Positions 39,489 through 49,314 of a DNA stretch of 64,000 nt are shown piece by piece. The notes beneath the pieces are model-generated. The model ran no database searches. It saw only the letters and a list, made by a program, of their open reading frames with translations, and had not been told where the DNA came from. The position numbers were made by a program, and so were the translations under genes. Where the stretch lies: the NCBI GenBank assembly GCA_903845195.1, contig CAIMWO010000031.1:69207-133206 (forward strand), read 5' to 3'. Origin of the DNA: an uncultured Phycisphaerales bacterium. Its GTDB lineage: Bacteria; Planctomycetota; Phycisphaerae; WQYP01. Position 1 is the first letter of the stretch. Each line of letters opens with the position of its first letter.

Positions 39489-39899
39489 ATGATTCCACTC
39501 GACGCACTTCACTTGCCTGATGAAATGCTACAGAAGCTCCGGGCTTTGGGTTACAACAGCGTTTGGGACCTACACGCGAGCAATAAATACACACTCCGAA
39601 TACGCTCGCGTCTTAGCATCAGTGCCGAAGAAGTTGACCAGATTGTTGCAGCCATGCGAGCCATCGGATGGGACTTTAAGGATCCAGCAGACGATCCGGT
39701 GGGTGCCGAAGACTTCCCCTCAGCAGTAGTCTTACGGAATTTACTGACCGCCCTTCGTCTTAATCCGCGGTCGAGCCGTTTCTTGAGATACTACTTGCGT
39801 GGTGTCAGCACATTGCCCGAACTGCTCAAGGGGATTGAGCCGGATGACACCGAAACGATTATCGGGCTTCTTAGGTTGATGAAGGTTGAGGATATTTGA
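39489..39899 (+). CDS. Tandem RNA polymerase alphaCTD-like protein
   Basis: IPLDALHLP..LRALGYNSVWDL and LTALRLNPRSSRFL..GVSTLPELL; AAGGAG RBS. Confidence 0.7.
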   Translation: MIPLDALHLPDEMLQKLRALGYNSVWDLHASNKYTLRIRSRLSISAEEVDQIVAAMRAIGWDFKDPADDPVGAEDFPSAVVLRNLLTALRLNPRSSRFLRYYLRGVSTLPELLKGIEPDDTETIIGLLRLMKVEDI

Positions 39900-39927
39900 G
39901 AGGCAATTAGCAGAATGGAGGTCCGCC

Positions 39928-40479
39928 ATGACGTGGTGCGTGCCGAAAGACCGAAGTATCTACGTTGCGGAAAATTTTCGTACCGCAGAGCAACTGGAGG
40001 ACATAGCGAGTAAGTTGGAGACAATCGCGCGCCGTTCTCCGGAGCCCGTGTGTTTCGAGTTTTGTTCTCTCTTCGCCGATGTGGACGTCTTCGCGGCCAT
40101 GGCATTCGTCAAGCGAATGCGGCGTAATGTGCCGGAGCTGATAACGGTCACCCGATTGGACACTTGTGGGAGCGCTATTGTTGTTCTCCAAGCTGGAGCC
40201 AGGCGATTAATAACTAGGGCGGGAGGGATGATCTTTAGGGACCCGATCACTTTTCGGAATTCTGAGATACCGGCGCGAATATTTTCAGATGAGGAGCAAC
40301 GCCGCCTGCAAGTAGCCGCAATTGAGTCCGCACAACTTATTGCTGACCGTTCTCGCCTTAGTATGGCGATGATCGCCCATTTCCGTTCACGGCGCCATAT
40401 TCTGGGTCCCGATAAGATCCTGGAGTACTTTTTGGCTGACGGTGTCAAAGACGCTCCATTATGGAATTTCACTGGATAG
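39928..40479 (+). CDS. Catalytically inactive ClpP-family protein
   Basis: Colinear with ClpP (DRSIYV..VLQAGARRL..IFRDP..LEYFLADGV); Ser/His/Asp positions read Gly/Arg/Arg. Confidence 0.7.
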   Translation: MTWCVPKDRSIYVAENFRTAEQLEDIASKLETIARRSPEPVCFEFCSLFADVDVFAAMAFVKRMRRNVPELITVTRLDTCGSAIVVLQAGARRLITRAGGMIFRDPITFRNSEIPARIFSDEEQRRLQVAAIESAQLIADRSRLSMAMIAHFRSRRHILGPDKILEYFLADGVKDAPLWNFTG

Positions 40480-40532
40480 ATACTCTTTGGATTAGGGGGC
40501 CATAGGTATCAATTATGCTTCTAGGAGAAAAT

Positions 40533-40793
40533 ATGTGGAAAATCAGTGATTACCAGTCGGGTAAGAATAATTCGGTAGATGAAATCGCCGCGTCAAACCT
40601 GAGGGTACGGACAAAACATCCTTTGAAGAATTTGGGCGTGAGGACCGTCGACGAACTGACGGCACTCAGTGCGACCCAGATCCAGCAGGCACGAAATGCC
40701 GGAGTAAATACTCTGCCTGATATCCAAGCCTTTCTGGCACATAGGGGTAAGTGTCTCGCCTCTCATTCGCTTCCGAAAATACCAAGCGAATGA
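40533..40793 (+). CDS. Stand-alone RNA polymerase alphaCTD-like protein
   Basis: LRVRTKHPLKNLGVRTVDELT..RNAGVNTLPDI is close to alphaCTD L.VR..N.L...I..N.G..S..EI; AGGAG RBS. Confidence 0.8.
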   Translation: MWKISDYQSGKNNSVDEIAASNLRVRTKHPLKNLGVRTVDELTALSATQIQQARNAGVNTLPDIQAFLAHRGKCLASHSLPKIPSE

Positions 40794-41069
40794 TGTCCCA
40801 CTGGCAGCCAGATGACATTGGCATCAGACCTTTGGACATGGCGCTCTTCGTGGAGTTCAAGAACTTGCCGGGTGCGCCCCGGGGGCACAGTCGCACGTCG
40901 GTGAATCGCATGAATGTGCTAAAGGACAGAATTCCCCTACAGCTCAGCCAGGCACGGACAAGGACGGTTGGTCTAAGGCGTTGCGACGGACAAACCACAA
41001 CGGGCTCAATTCATGGGATGGAATTAGCGTGATGGCCGCGATTACTTTCAACTTGTTCAATTCATGATC

Positions 41070-43286
41070 CTATTTCACCTTCATAGAATCCCATAGCCGC
41101 TTGAAATCATCCCAATGTCTGTCGAATGTCCCGGCGGTTGTGGTTAGTGAAATCATCACGATCTTTCCGTTACTAACTGCCAAGACTTCTATTGTATGCA
41201 TCTTTATTCCTTTCGGCGCACGCTCAATGGTAAAAGCAATCGCCTCCGCGCCTGCTAAAGTGGTTTTTACAGGATCGGAATACTTTTCAGTTGGATTGTC
41301 TTTGTGGGCATTCACCACGATACGAGCATAAATATCCGCCGGACTATTATTAGGCCCACGCGATTGGAGCCATGAGACTAATATTTCATCATAAAGTCCA
41401 TCCACTGGTGGACCCGAAAAACGGAATCCTTGGCCGGCGGTCAACTGCGGGATACTCCGCTTGAAATTAGCTGGGTAGCTAAAGCTGATGTCATTGGTCT
41501 CATCGGCATAGTTCAGGTCTGGCTGATCCGTCGCTCCCGGCTGTCGGGCGAGAAGCCCTTTGAGAATTTGTATGGGATCATTTTGTTCGCCGGCGCCTGC
41601 CGGTGTAACAATGCCATTTTGCCGGTCTACAAGCGATTTCATCGCGCGGGTCTGATTGTCTGACAAAGCATTGGTTTCGTTTTGAAAGGTAAGCGCCAAT
41701 AGCTGATCTTCCTGAGTCTGCCTATTAGCTAGAGCCTGCCGATCCTGCGCCTGCCGCTGTAACAATTGATCCATTCGGTTTTTCTTTTCGGTAGCAGGGT
41801 CTACAACCACAACTTTGTCATGGTCGAAGCGAACTTTTGGAGATGACGCCGGTTTGGAGTTTAGAGCGTTTTGTTCTTGCGACTGCGCGTTCGCCAAGGC
41901 CGTGGTGTCTTTGCTATGCCGATTGACTATGTCGGCTTGACGCTGCTGCTGGCTCTTTCGTAAGTCGTCGCGAGACTGGGACTGTTGCAGTTTCAACGCA
42001 TCTATTTCACGATGATTCCGTGTCTGTTGTTGTCTGAGCTTTTCATCGTTTTGCTCGCGCGCGATGCGTTCCGCATCTTGATTCGCATCCGCATTATTGG
42101 AATGGTTGTTATTGGTCGATGGTATAATTTCTGGTGCGCTTGGCGTTCTATGTTCCTGCAACCATTTCTTAGCTACATCGTCGCCAAGTTCCGCCGCCTT
42201 CCGGAACCACTTGGCCGCTTCATCATCGTCCTTAGAAACGCCTCGACCCGCAGCGTACATGAAGCCGAGTTTTGTCATACCCGCGGGGTTGCCACGATCG
42301 GCTGCCTTCCGGAACCAGGCGACCGCTTTGGCATCATCATTAAGAACACCGCGAGCATTTTTGTACATGTTGCCGAGATTAGCCATGGCGATGACACTGC
42401 CTGCATCGGCGGCCCTCTGATACCATTTCACCGCTTCGGTATCGTCATTGGGAACACCGTGACCTTCGCCGTACATCCAACCGAGATAGCCCATGCCCTC
42501 AGCGTCACCAGCATTCGCAGCGTTTCGAACTAACTTGTACGCTTCGGTTTCGTCCTTAATCGTGCCGCGGCCGTTCATGTACATGTTGCCGAGATTAGTC
42601 ATGGCTGTGACATTACCAGCATCTACCGCCCTTCGGAACCACTTGACCGCTTCGGCATCGTCGTTGGTCACGCCGAGCCCGTCCCGGTACATTGAGCCAA
42701 GATTCATCATCCCATACGAATTGCCCGCATCCGCAGCTTTCTGGTACCACTTGACCGCTTGGACATATTCCTTCTGTACCCCAATACCTCTTTCGTAGCA
42801 GACGCCAACATCGTTAATTGCGAATAAGTTCCCTGAATTTGCGGCCTTTTGATATAAGTCGAATGCCTTAACGCAGTCTTTCGGCACTCCTTGGCCTTCC
42901 TGGTACTGTCTGGCGAGTCTCTCGGTTGCAATTGCATTGCGGGCGTCATCGTCTAGAGTTGCCGTTACGCCGGATTGCTGCGGAATAACCTTCTCAGATA
43001 CATCTGCAGTCCTATTTTGAAATATTGGCGTGGAATAATTTGGATTAGCCGTACCAATATGACGAGTCGAAGTCACAATCTGTAACAGGAATACAATTAA
43101 TAGCGGGAGGAGAATTGCTGCCCACATCGCGAGTATGAGCACTATTTTTAAGGGATGCAGAGCCGACGCGAATGGCACCGGAGCAAGCCCCACACTCTTT
43201 GCAGAATCGCGATGCGAACCAGATGGTCGCCCCTCTCCTGCCGCGGGTGAACTGCTCGATCTAGAAGTGTTTAATGGTATTGACAT
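41070..43286 (-). CDS. Membrane-anchored Sel1-repeat protein with coiled-coil and PsbP-like C-terminal domain
   Basis: N-terminal TM; about seven LG.MY..G.GV..D..EAVKWY.KAADAG repeats; C-terminal ISFSYPANF..LAGAEA. Confidence 0.9.
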   Translation of the reverse strand: MSIPLNTSRSSSSPAAGEGRPSGSHRDSAKSVGLAPVPFASALHPLKIVLILAMWAAILLPLLIVFLLQIVTSTRHIGTANPNYSTPIFQNRTADVSEKVIPQQSGVTATLDDDARNAIATERLARQYQEGQGVPKDCVKAFDLYQKAANSGNLFAINDVGVCYERGIGVQKEYVQAVKWYQKAADAGNSYGMMNLGSMYRDGLGVTNDDAEAVKWFRRAVDAGNVTAMTNLGNMYMNGRGTIKDETEAYKLVRNAANAGDAEGMGYLGWMYGEGHGVPNDDTEAVKWYQRAADAGSVIAMANLGNMYKNARGVLNDDAKAVAWFRKAADRGNPAGMTKLGFMYAAGRGVSKDDDEAAKWFRKAAELGDDVAKKWLQEHRTPSAPEIIPSTNNNHSNNADANQDAERIAREQNDEKLRQQQTRNHREIDALKLQQSQSRDDLRKSQQQRQADIVNRHSKDTTALANAQSQEQNALNSKPASSPKVRFDHDKVVVVDPATEKKNRMDQLLQRQAQDRQALANRQTQEDQLLALTFQNETNALSDNQTRAMKSLVDRQNGIVTPAGAGEQNDPIQILKGLLARQPGATDQPDLNYADETNDISFSYPANFKRSIPQLTAGQGFRFSGPPVDGLYDEILVSWLQSRGPNNSPADIYARIVVNAHKDNPTEKYSDPVKTTLAGAEAIAFTIERAPKGIKMHTIEVLAVSNGKIVMISLTTTAGTFDRHWDDFKRLWDSMKVK

Positions 43287-43298
43287 AATAATTCCTTA

Positions 43299-43571
43299 TC
43301 ATTCATATATGTTAAGCAGCGCCCGATTCATCTCCTCATCCAAGTCCTCCATGGCTTGGAGCAACATCATCGCGACTTGCTCACATTCTTGCCAACAATC
43401 GCGTTCGAACTTAGTTGCTGCCTGGTCGTTCCACTGGTCCTGTGTTGCAGCCCATTGTTTGGTAAGGCGTTGCCATTCGACGTACAAGAGTTCGGTTTGT
43501 TCGGACATAGTTGTCTTCAGTCCAAGTCTATTACCACCATGTCTCTTTCTACTGCCAATAGTCCGTGCCAC
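43299..43571 (-). CDS. WXG100-like small helical protein
   Basis: Two helices around QWNDQAATKF; start uncertain (could be 43508). Confidence 0.65.
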   Translation of the reverse strand: MARTIGSRKRHGGNRLGLKTTMSEQTELLYVEWQRLTKQWAATQDQWNDQAATKFERDCWQECEQVAMMLLQAMEDLDEEMNRALLNIYE

Positions 43572-43886
43572 TCATGGCGTCATGGTCACCCGATCATGGC
43601 CTCGTTTGAGTGATGCTTTGGCCGGTTCCGGCTCGCGCACGAGCCAATCAAGCGTTAAAATCGCAGCTATCGGATTCATGCCGTGTTCCCTCATCAATGT
43701 CTCAATGTTATAGCCCTCGATAATTAGGGGTGATATCTGACCACTCGTCCACCACAGCTCAAATGCCACTTGTAGGGCAGGGGCGAGAGCGGTGAGATCG
43801 GTAGCAATCAACTCCGCACCATGGGGGGGATAGCCGAATTCATTGGAAAGCCTCGCTAACAACACTTCTTTTGAAATCGATATCAT
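43572..43886 (-). CDS. Putative immunity protein
   Basis: 104 aa, starts 1 nt after the toxin stop with a GGAG RBS. Confidence 0.55.
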   Translation of the reverse strand: MISISKEVLLARLSNEFGYPPHGAELIATDLTALAPALQVAFELWWTSGQISPLIIEGYNIETLMREHGMNPIAAILTLDWLVREPEPAKASLKRGHDRVTMTP

Positions 43887-43887
43887 T

Positions 43888-44949
43888 TTAATCTCCTCCG
43901 AGGGGATAAAGACGCAGCCGAATAGCACTTGCATACGTCCACGCGTCCGCCTCAATAGGTTGGGCTTTGTAACGCGCCTGGCCATACTTCTCAGCCGATA
44001 GGTAGTTACCAGGTATATTGTTGTTTCGCCAGGATGCCACTTCTTCTACATTGGAATGGAACATTGGGTGTTTAATGGCATAGTGCTGATAAGCATGACG
44101 TCCTTCATGAGCAATAGTATCGACGGTTTCTGATATGTCGTCCCACATCTTGGTATTAATATGAATTGCATGCTCATCAAAATACCCATAAGTTCTGGAA
44201 TCCATCTTTTCGGCAACGACTGGCACTGCCGGCCGACCTTGGACATTGGCGAGTTTATATTCGATTTCCTGAACAACTGTAACCCTTTCCTCGTCATTGA
44301 GGCTGATCCAGACCTTCGGGGTAAGTTGTATCATCCCTCTAAGCGAATCAACACCCCGGTCTGAAATCACCGAGCCTGGCAAATCGGAACCCGATGTCGG
44401 ATTAGTTGCATCTGAATGTGATTGCGCAGCAGAAGTCATGTTGATTGCCGATGGCTGATTTGCACCTAGATTCGGTTTGATTGACTGATAATGGTTTATG
44501 GCATCAATATGCTGCTGGAGAATGCCTTGGGAGCGGGGCACATGCTCACCAGCAAGTTCGGCAAACTCCCTTGTTCGTCTCTGGAATTCCTCATAGGCGT
44601 CCTGTACTTGCCCCATTGCCGCCGTTAGATCGTCAACTCGATCCTGAGCGGGGCTTAGGTCATTCCGTAGTTCAGAACGCCGCTCGGCGTTGAGATCCTC
44701 GCCGGTCTCTTCATCGGGGCTATAGTCAAGCGACGCCAATTCATCTTTAATCGAATCTACGCGTGCCTGAAGGGAGTGTAAGGAATGCGTTAGCTCTGAC
44801 CATTTGCTTTGAAACTTCCTATCGTAGAGTTCCAAACAGGATGTACCGCGGTTTGCAAACAGTCCAAGCGCAGCATGAAGAGTTTCCAGCGCTTCCAAAC
44901 ACTGAATATTAACGCTAAGACTGCTGGAGGTTTCTGTCGACATTGCCAC
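43888..44949 (-). CDS. Putative polymorphic toxin: helical (WXG/LXG-like) N-terminus + zincin metallopeptidase
   Basis: Coiled N-terminal ~160 aa, Ser/Thr linker, TIAHEGRHAYQ (HExxH) and downstream QPIEADAW. Confidence 0.75.
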   Translation of the reverse strand: MAMSTETSSSLSVNIQCLEALETLHAALGLFANRGTSCLELYDRKFQSKWSELTHSLHSLQARVDSIKDELASLDYSPDEETGEDLNAERRSELRNDLSPAQDRVDDLTAAMGQVQDAYEEFQRRTREFAELAGEHVPRSQGILQQHIDAINHYQSIKPNLGANQPSAINMTSAAQSHSDATNPTSGSDLPGSVISDRGVDSLRGMIQLTPKVWISLNDEERVTVVQEIEYKLANVQGRPAVPVVAEKMDSRTYGYFDEHAIHINTKMWDDISETVDTIAHEGRHAYQHYAIKHPMFHSNVEEVASWRNNNIPGNYLSAEKYGQARYKAQPIEADAWTYASAIRLRLYPLGGD

Positions 44950-44967
44950 ACCACAAATACATCCGGG

Positions 44968-45237
44968 TTATCGATGATACTCCTCTTCAATAATGCGGGC
45001 TTTTTCTCGGAGGTATGCGACGTATTTCTCACAGTCCTCGAGAAATTGCGCCAACTTCACCGTAGTTTCGTCCAGATCCTGTTCAAAGGCTCGATACTTG
45101 GCATCGCGCCACGCGTCCCTCAACATCCGAGCCTTGTTGATTACAGAAAGGTTCTTTCCCCGCATATCTCTACCGAGCGTCTCTAGTACATTGGCAAAAT
45201 TTCGTGCCGCTTCAGGGTCGAAAATCGCTTGTGACAT
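44968..45237 (-). CDS. WXG100-family protein
   Basis: 89 aa, DPEAARNFA..AWRD..FEQ..YL..KA..IEEY; AGAGG RBS. Confidence 0.8.
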   Translation of the reverse strand: MSQAIFDPEAARNFANVLETLGRDMRGKNLSVINKARMLRDAWRDAKYRAFEQDLDETTVKLAQFLEDCEKYVAYLREKARIIEEEYHR

Positions 45238-45251
45238 GGCTTCCTCTCTTT

Positions 45252-45548
45252 CTAAAGGCGAGGTTTGACACTATGAAACTTATCAATTGCCGCGGCGTCA
45301 TGTTCCAAGTCTTTCGCGGCTAAACGCCCGCTAACTAAAAATTTAGCCAACGATTGCCGTGATTTTGCAAACTGATCGCAGAATTGCTCATACCCATCAT
45401 CACGAAAGGTATTCCCCAACCAAGTGAGATCACGCCGAATAGTGGTGTCGAATTCTTCGACATTATCACAAAAACGGGCTAACTCACGTGCAAATCCTCG
45501 GATTTCTTCAGAATTGGCGTAAACCCGTTTGGATCCTGCATCGCTCAT
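45252..45548 (-). CDS. WXG100-family protein
   Basis: 98 aa, NSEEIRGFAREL..TFRDDGYEQF; ATGA overlap with the ATPase stop. Confidence 0.75.
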   Translation of the reverse strand: MSDAGSKRVYANSEEIRGFARELARFCDNVEEFDTTIRRDLTWLGNTFRDDGYEQFCDQFAKSRQSLAKFLVSGRLAAKDLEHDAAAIDKFHSVKPRL

Positions 45549-48500
45549 GACGATCCTCCTTTAATTTGACTTGCGACCTGTCGAATCCACGCGAGGTCAG
45601 GCAGGCGGTAAGGTCTATATTTCTGAACTGGAGCATTTTGGACAGCATCCACAAAGAACATTCGGTGCTGCTTTCCTTCCAAACGTGCCGCGTCGGGAAC
45701 GTCGAGAAAAGCTCGCGATTCCTCTGGTGAGAGCGCTGCGGACGTCTTTAGTCCGAAATTGGCCATCGAGCGTTTGAGTGTCTTCACGGCGGTTGGGTGA
45801 GTATCACACCATGCCAAAACATGAATACCAAATTCTGCCCCATCCTTGAGGATGGAACAAAACAAATCGTAAAGACTGGTTTCCCGAACCGTACCAATGA
45901 CAGGAAAGCCTCCATCATCGGTTGGTCGTAAGTCCCGCGCGCGGTGGAGGCCTGCGATAATGAGATATGTAGGTGTTATGTCTTCTTTGCCGTCAATTCG
46001 CAATCGTATGCGGTCAACTATTCCCTGAAGTGCAGTGCGCAGCATTGGTCGGGAAAGTCTCTGAATAAAGTGGAAGTCAAACCGCTCACATATCTCGTCG
46101 ATCAAAGGAGGACATGGGCCATCGGGCGACGTAAAATCCAATAGATAAAATTGAGAAGCCTGTGGTACATTCTGTGCCATTAGTGCTATCCACGCAGAGA
46201 GAAGAACCCCCATCCCTTCAGACTCATCACGATTGAGTACCATCAAGTTTGCGTCAGTTTGATGACCCAATAGCACTGGAATCGGCCCTGAGAGATTTAG
46301 TGGCTCCCCGAGCCAAATTGTCGCCGCTCTTCCACGAGGACGGACAGACTTTGTTTGGAACATCTGGGTCAGCGGTTGGCATTGTTCCAAGTTCGGTGGT
46401 TCATCGGCCTCGAATACTATAGGTATACGATTACTGCCATCAATCGCCGCCGCGGCCTTTGCGATGCCTCGTACGTAAACTGCAATTTCTTCATTCTCTT
46501 TGGTTTTATCTTTATCATCTTTGCCGATTAGTGCAACTTGGAAATCTTCGTTAGCTTCGAGCCGGCCGCCATCCCCGTTATAGATTGCCTGGCCGGGCTG
46601 CGTGAGTTTTGATGCCACAAGTTTCTGCCTCGGCAACAATATTTCAGCATCAACATCGCTACAAGGTAATGCAATCCGCAAGCCCATCAATCCAAACATG
46701 CTGCTCAGTCGCGACATATCTGATCCTGCCAGTGTTTGAGTGACCAAAATTAGGTGTATGCCGAATTGCCGTCCTTGCTTTACTAGTTGGGTCAAAAGGG
46801 ACCGCGCTTGTTCGGCAACGCTGTCCTCGTTAGCGAAGAATTCTTGGAATTCGTCTGCGATCAAGAGAATCCGTGGGAGTACATCATCAGCAGATGCCCT
46901 ATTTCTATATGCGGCTACACTCTCCACCCCACCAGCGTTACGAAAAAGATCCATACGTCGGGTCATTTCCGCGCTAAGCTTTTGCAGAACGCTAAGTCCA
47001 AATTCTCGATCACTTTGAATGGCGATGACTTTTGCATGTGGTAAAGAATTCTGCGCATACGGTTTGAAACCGACACCGCCTTTGAAATCGATGAGATAAA
47101 GCTCTATTTCGTGGGGTGGATACGTTAATGCCAATCCGGTGATCAATACGTGCATTAATTTGGTTTTTCCGGAGCCGGGCTTGCCTATGACCAAGCCACT
47201 GTGCGTGGTACCGTTCCCTCCTAACGTGAGATACTGGAGTTGCCCAGCTTTGCCAGGGCCTAGTGGCACGCGGATATCGTTTGCCGTTGACGATTCGTTC
47301 TTCCATATGATGTTTGCCCCATCCAACCCAGCCTGTTTGAGCATATCAGCAAACGGCACCTCAATCTTCATGGCCTCCTTTGAAGTCGTGCCGGCCTTGT
47401 GAATGATGTCGTTGAATAATTCATCGCCTGGAGGTAGATCAGGTAGCACTTGAGCATCGAAGAGGTCTTTGTCCTGCCACGTTACCCCTTGGGGTCCCCA
47501 CTCTATAATGCTGGCAACTTTGTCTAATTCATTGAGATTGAAACCGTAGGGCGCAATCTCATCTTTGCTTACATCTCTGATAATTAGTGTGTAGACGCCG
47601 CATCGCTGCCCATTGCGAATAATGGTCAGCAGTCGATCTGCCGCCGCCTTGGAGAATCCACACGGGAAGTCGAAGATAACTAGGAATCGAAACGCCTCCG
47701 CGACGGCTCGTTGTTCAGCGTTGTAATTATTAAGTGTCGCATATTTGTTACGGAGCAGGTTGCTAATTACCCTTTCCATATGGCTAGTGAGTTCCGTCAG
47801 CCGCTGCTCAATGTCGCCAGGCTCAGTCCAGGGCTTTTGGTTAATCAATGACTTGTCATGGTCCCCTAGGGCGAGGAAAGACGCCACGTTCTGGCCTATC
47901 CCGACTGGATCGATAAACGTGAACCGTAATTTGCCCGGCGGCGTGTTGGCAAGCATCCGCAACATGACTGACTGCATCGCCTTCGTTGCGGCGTCTTTAT
48001 TGACACCTTCCGCTTTCAAAAGCAGGCAGCGATTGTCTGTAAAGGGAACGAGTGCTGGTAGTCTAAAATCGAGGTTCAATCTAGGAAGATGGGCCTTTAG
48101 AAACCGAGTATCAAGTACGAGTTGACCGATTTGTGCGGCGAAACCGGGAGATGGGTCTGGGGCCCATGTATTCCATACGGGATCGTCCCATTTAGCTCCC
48201 GCGTATTGGGAACGTGAGGTAAAAGAAGAGAATTCAACATAAAATTGTGCCGCTTTGGGCTTAAGCAATATTTCATTCCTAACCATTTCTATGGCATGGA
48301 GATTTACAGCTGCCTGAAAACCGTTGTGCATATTATTGTTGGCCTGTTCCATACAATTATTGAGACAGGCTTCTGCGACAGCCCGATGATGCTGCAATTG
48401 TTGATAGCGCCGCTCTGACCTGAAGGCGGCGTACCAACGTAGAGTGACCATGACAGCTAGATAAAGGATTGGTGCAAAACAAAGTGCAATGCAGACCGTT

Positions 48501-48970
48501 CCAATGAGTAAAAATATGTAGGGACTGATTGTCCCTTCATTAATTGGCCAGAGTGAAGGTTTTTTAATTCGGCAGATTGCATCCAGATCGGCCTTGACTG
48601 AATTGGCATATGTTGTGGCTACTGCCCAATCGCCAGAATCGCCGTGTGGATCGACTGTGGGCGCATGTCCATGATATACTTTCTGTAGTTCTAGGTATTG
48701 TATCGCTTGATTGTGCCAATCTGTTAATGCGGTTCGTATTTCATTTACCGCAGTTGTTGCGTTTTGATATTGAGCCTCGATGCTTTTTTTATCAGCGTTC
48801 AGCTTCGTATCCGCTGCATCTATTTGTTGCCAGTAAGGTTCCAGTAGCTCGGACTTAATCCGGCCAACTATGTTTTTGGCTTCTGATGGAAGTTCGAACT
48901 CGATTAGCCCATCATCGGACACAGCTGAGGACGCAGCCCTTTGATATCCCGTAGCTGATACTGGGTCCAT
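45545..48970 (-). CDS. EssC/EccC-like FtsK/SpoIIIE ATPase
   Basis: TM segment, degenerate first ATPase domain (FTFIDPVG, FLVIFDFP), intact GKPGSGKT / YLIDFKGG / LLIADEFQ / QGRQFGIH, degenerate third domain (GAEFGIHVL). Confidence 0.9.
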   Translation of the reverse strand: MDPVSATGYQRAASSAVSDDGLIEFELPSEAKNIVGRIKSELLEPYWQQIDAADTKLNADKKSIEAQYQNATTAVNEIRTALTDWHNQAIQYLELQKVYHGHAPTVDPHGDSGDWAVATTYANSVKADLDAICRIKKPSLWPINEGTISPYIFLLIGTVCIALCFAPILYLAVMVTLRWYAAFRSERRYQQLQHHRAVAEACLNNCMEQANNNMHNGFQAAVNLHAIEMVRNEILLKPKAAQFYVEFSSFTSRSQYAGAKWDDPVWNTWAPDPSPGFAAQIGQLVLDTRFLKAHLPRLNLDFRLPALVPFTDNRCLLLKAEGVNKDAATKAMQSVMLRMLANTPPGKLRFTFIDPVGIGQNVASFLALGDHDKSLINQKPWTEPGDIEQRLTELTSHMERVISNLLRNKYATLNNYNAEQRAVAEAFRFLVIFDFPCGFSKAAADRLLTIIRNGQRCGVYTLIIRDVSKDEIAPYGFNLNELDKVASIIEWGPQGVTWQDKDLFDAQVLPDLPPGDELFNDIIHKAGTTSKEAMKIEVPFADMLKQAGLDGANIIWKNESSTANDIRVPLGPGKAGQLQYLTLGGNGTTHSGLVIGKPGSGKTKLMHVLITGLALTYPPHEIELYLIDFKGGVGFKPYAQNSLPHAKVIAIQSDREFGLSVLQKLSAEMTRRMDLFRNAGGVESVAAYRNRASADDVLPRILLIADEFQEFFANEDSVAEQARSLLTQLVKQGRQFGIHLILVTQTLAGSDMSRLSSMFGLMGLRIALPCSDVDAEILLPRQKLVASKLTQPGQAIYNGDGGRLEANEDFQVALIGKDDKDKTKENEEIAVYVRGIAKAAAAIDGSNRIPIVFEADEPPNLEQCQPLTQMFQTKSVRPRGRAATIWLGEPLNLSGPIPVLLGHQTDANLMVLNRDESEGMGVLLSAWIALMAQNVPQASQFYLLDFTSPDGPCPPLIDEICERFDFHFIQRLSRPMLRTALQGIVDRIRLRIDGKEDITPTYLIIAGLHRARDLRPTDDGGFPVIGTVRETSLYDLFCSILKDGAEFGIHVLAWCDTHPTAVKTLKRSMANFGLKTSAALSPEESRAFLDVPDAARLEGKQHRMFFVDAVQNAPVQKYRPYRLPDLAWIRQVASQIKGGSS

Positions 48971-49314
48971 GTCACATTACCTCAAAGGATGATTACCCAA
49001 TGACGAGACTCTCCAACACCGGGGCAGGAGCAATTAAACATTGCCGTCTGCACCATCGCGACCTTCGGTTGGTCTAGAATAGAGCGGACCAGCCCAAGCG
49101 TCGGCGCAAGACCGCGGAATCCAGCACGTTTCCCGTTTGCGGGATATGAACAATGACCGTGCGGCCTGTCGGATTGTGGGAACAAATAGTGTTCAAACCA
49201 CTCAACACCGCCCGCCGATGCGGCAAGCTGCATGAAAGATAACACGGGCTTATGATTGTGCAAGTGGTACGAGTGGGAAATTGGGACTTTCCCACTTCTG
49301 GACCCGGAAATCTT

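Noticed and set aside
38946-40793. Calling rpoA or clpP
   Set aside because: There is no alphaNTD and the ClpP triad is absent, so gene symbols were withheld.
45545-48970. Cell-division FtsK
   Set aside because: No gamma domain, three ATPase-like domains, and WXG100 neighbours indicate the EssC-like class.
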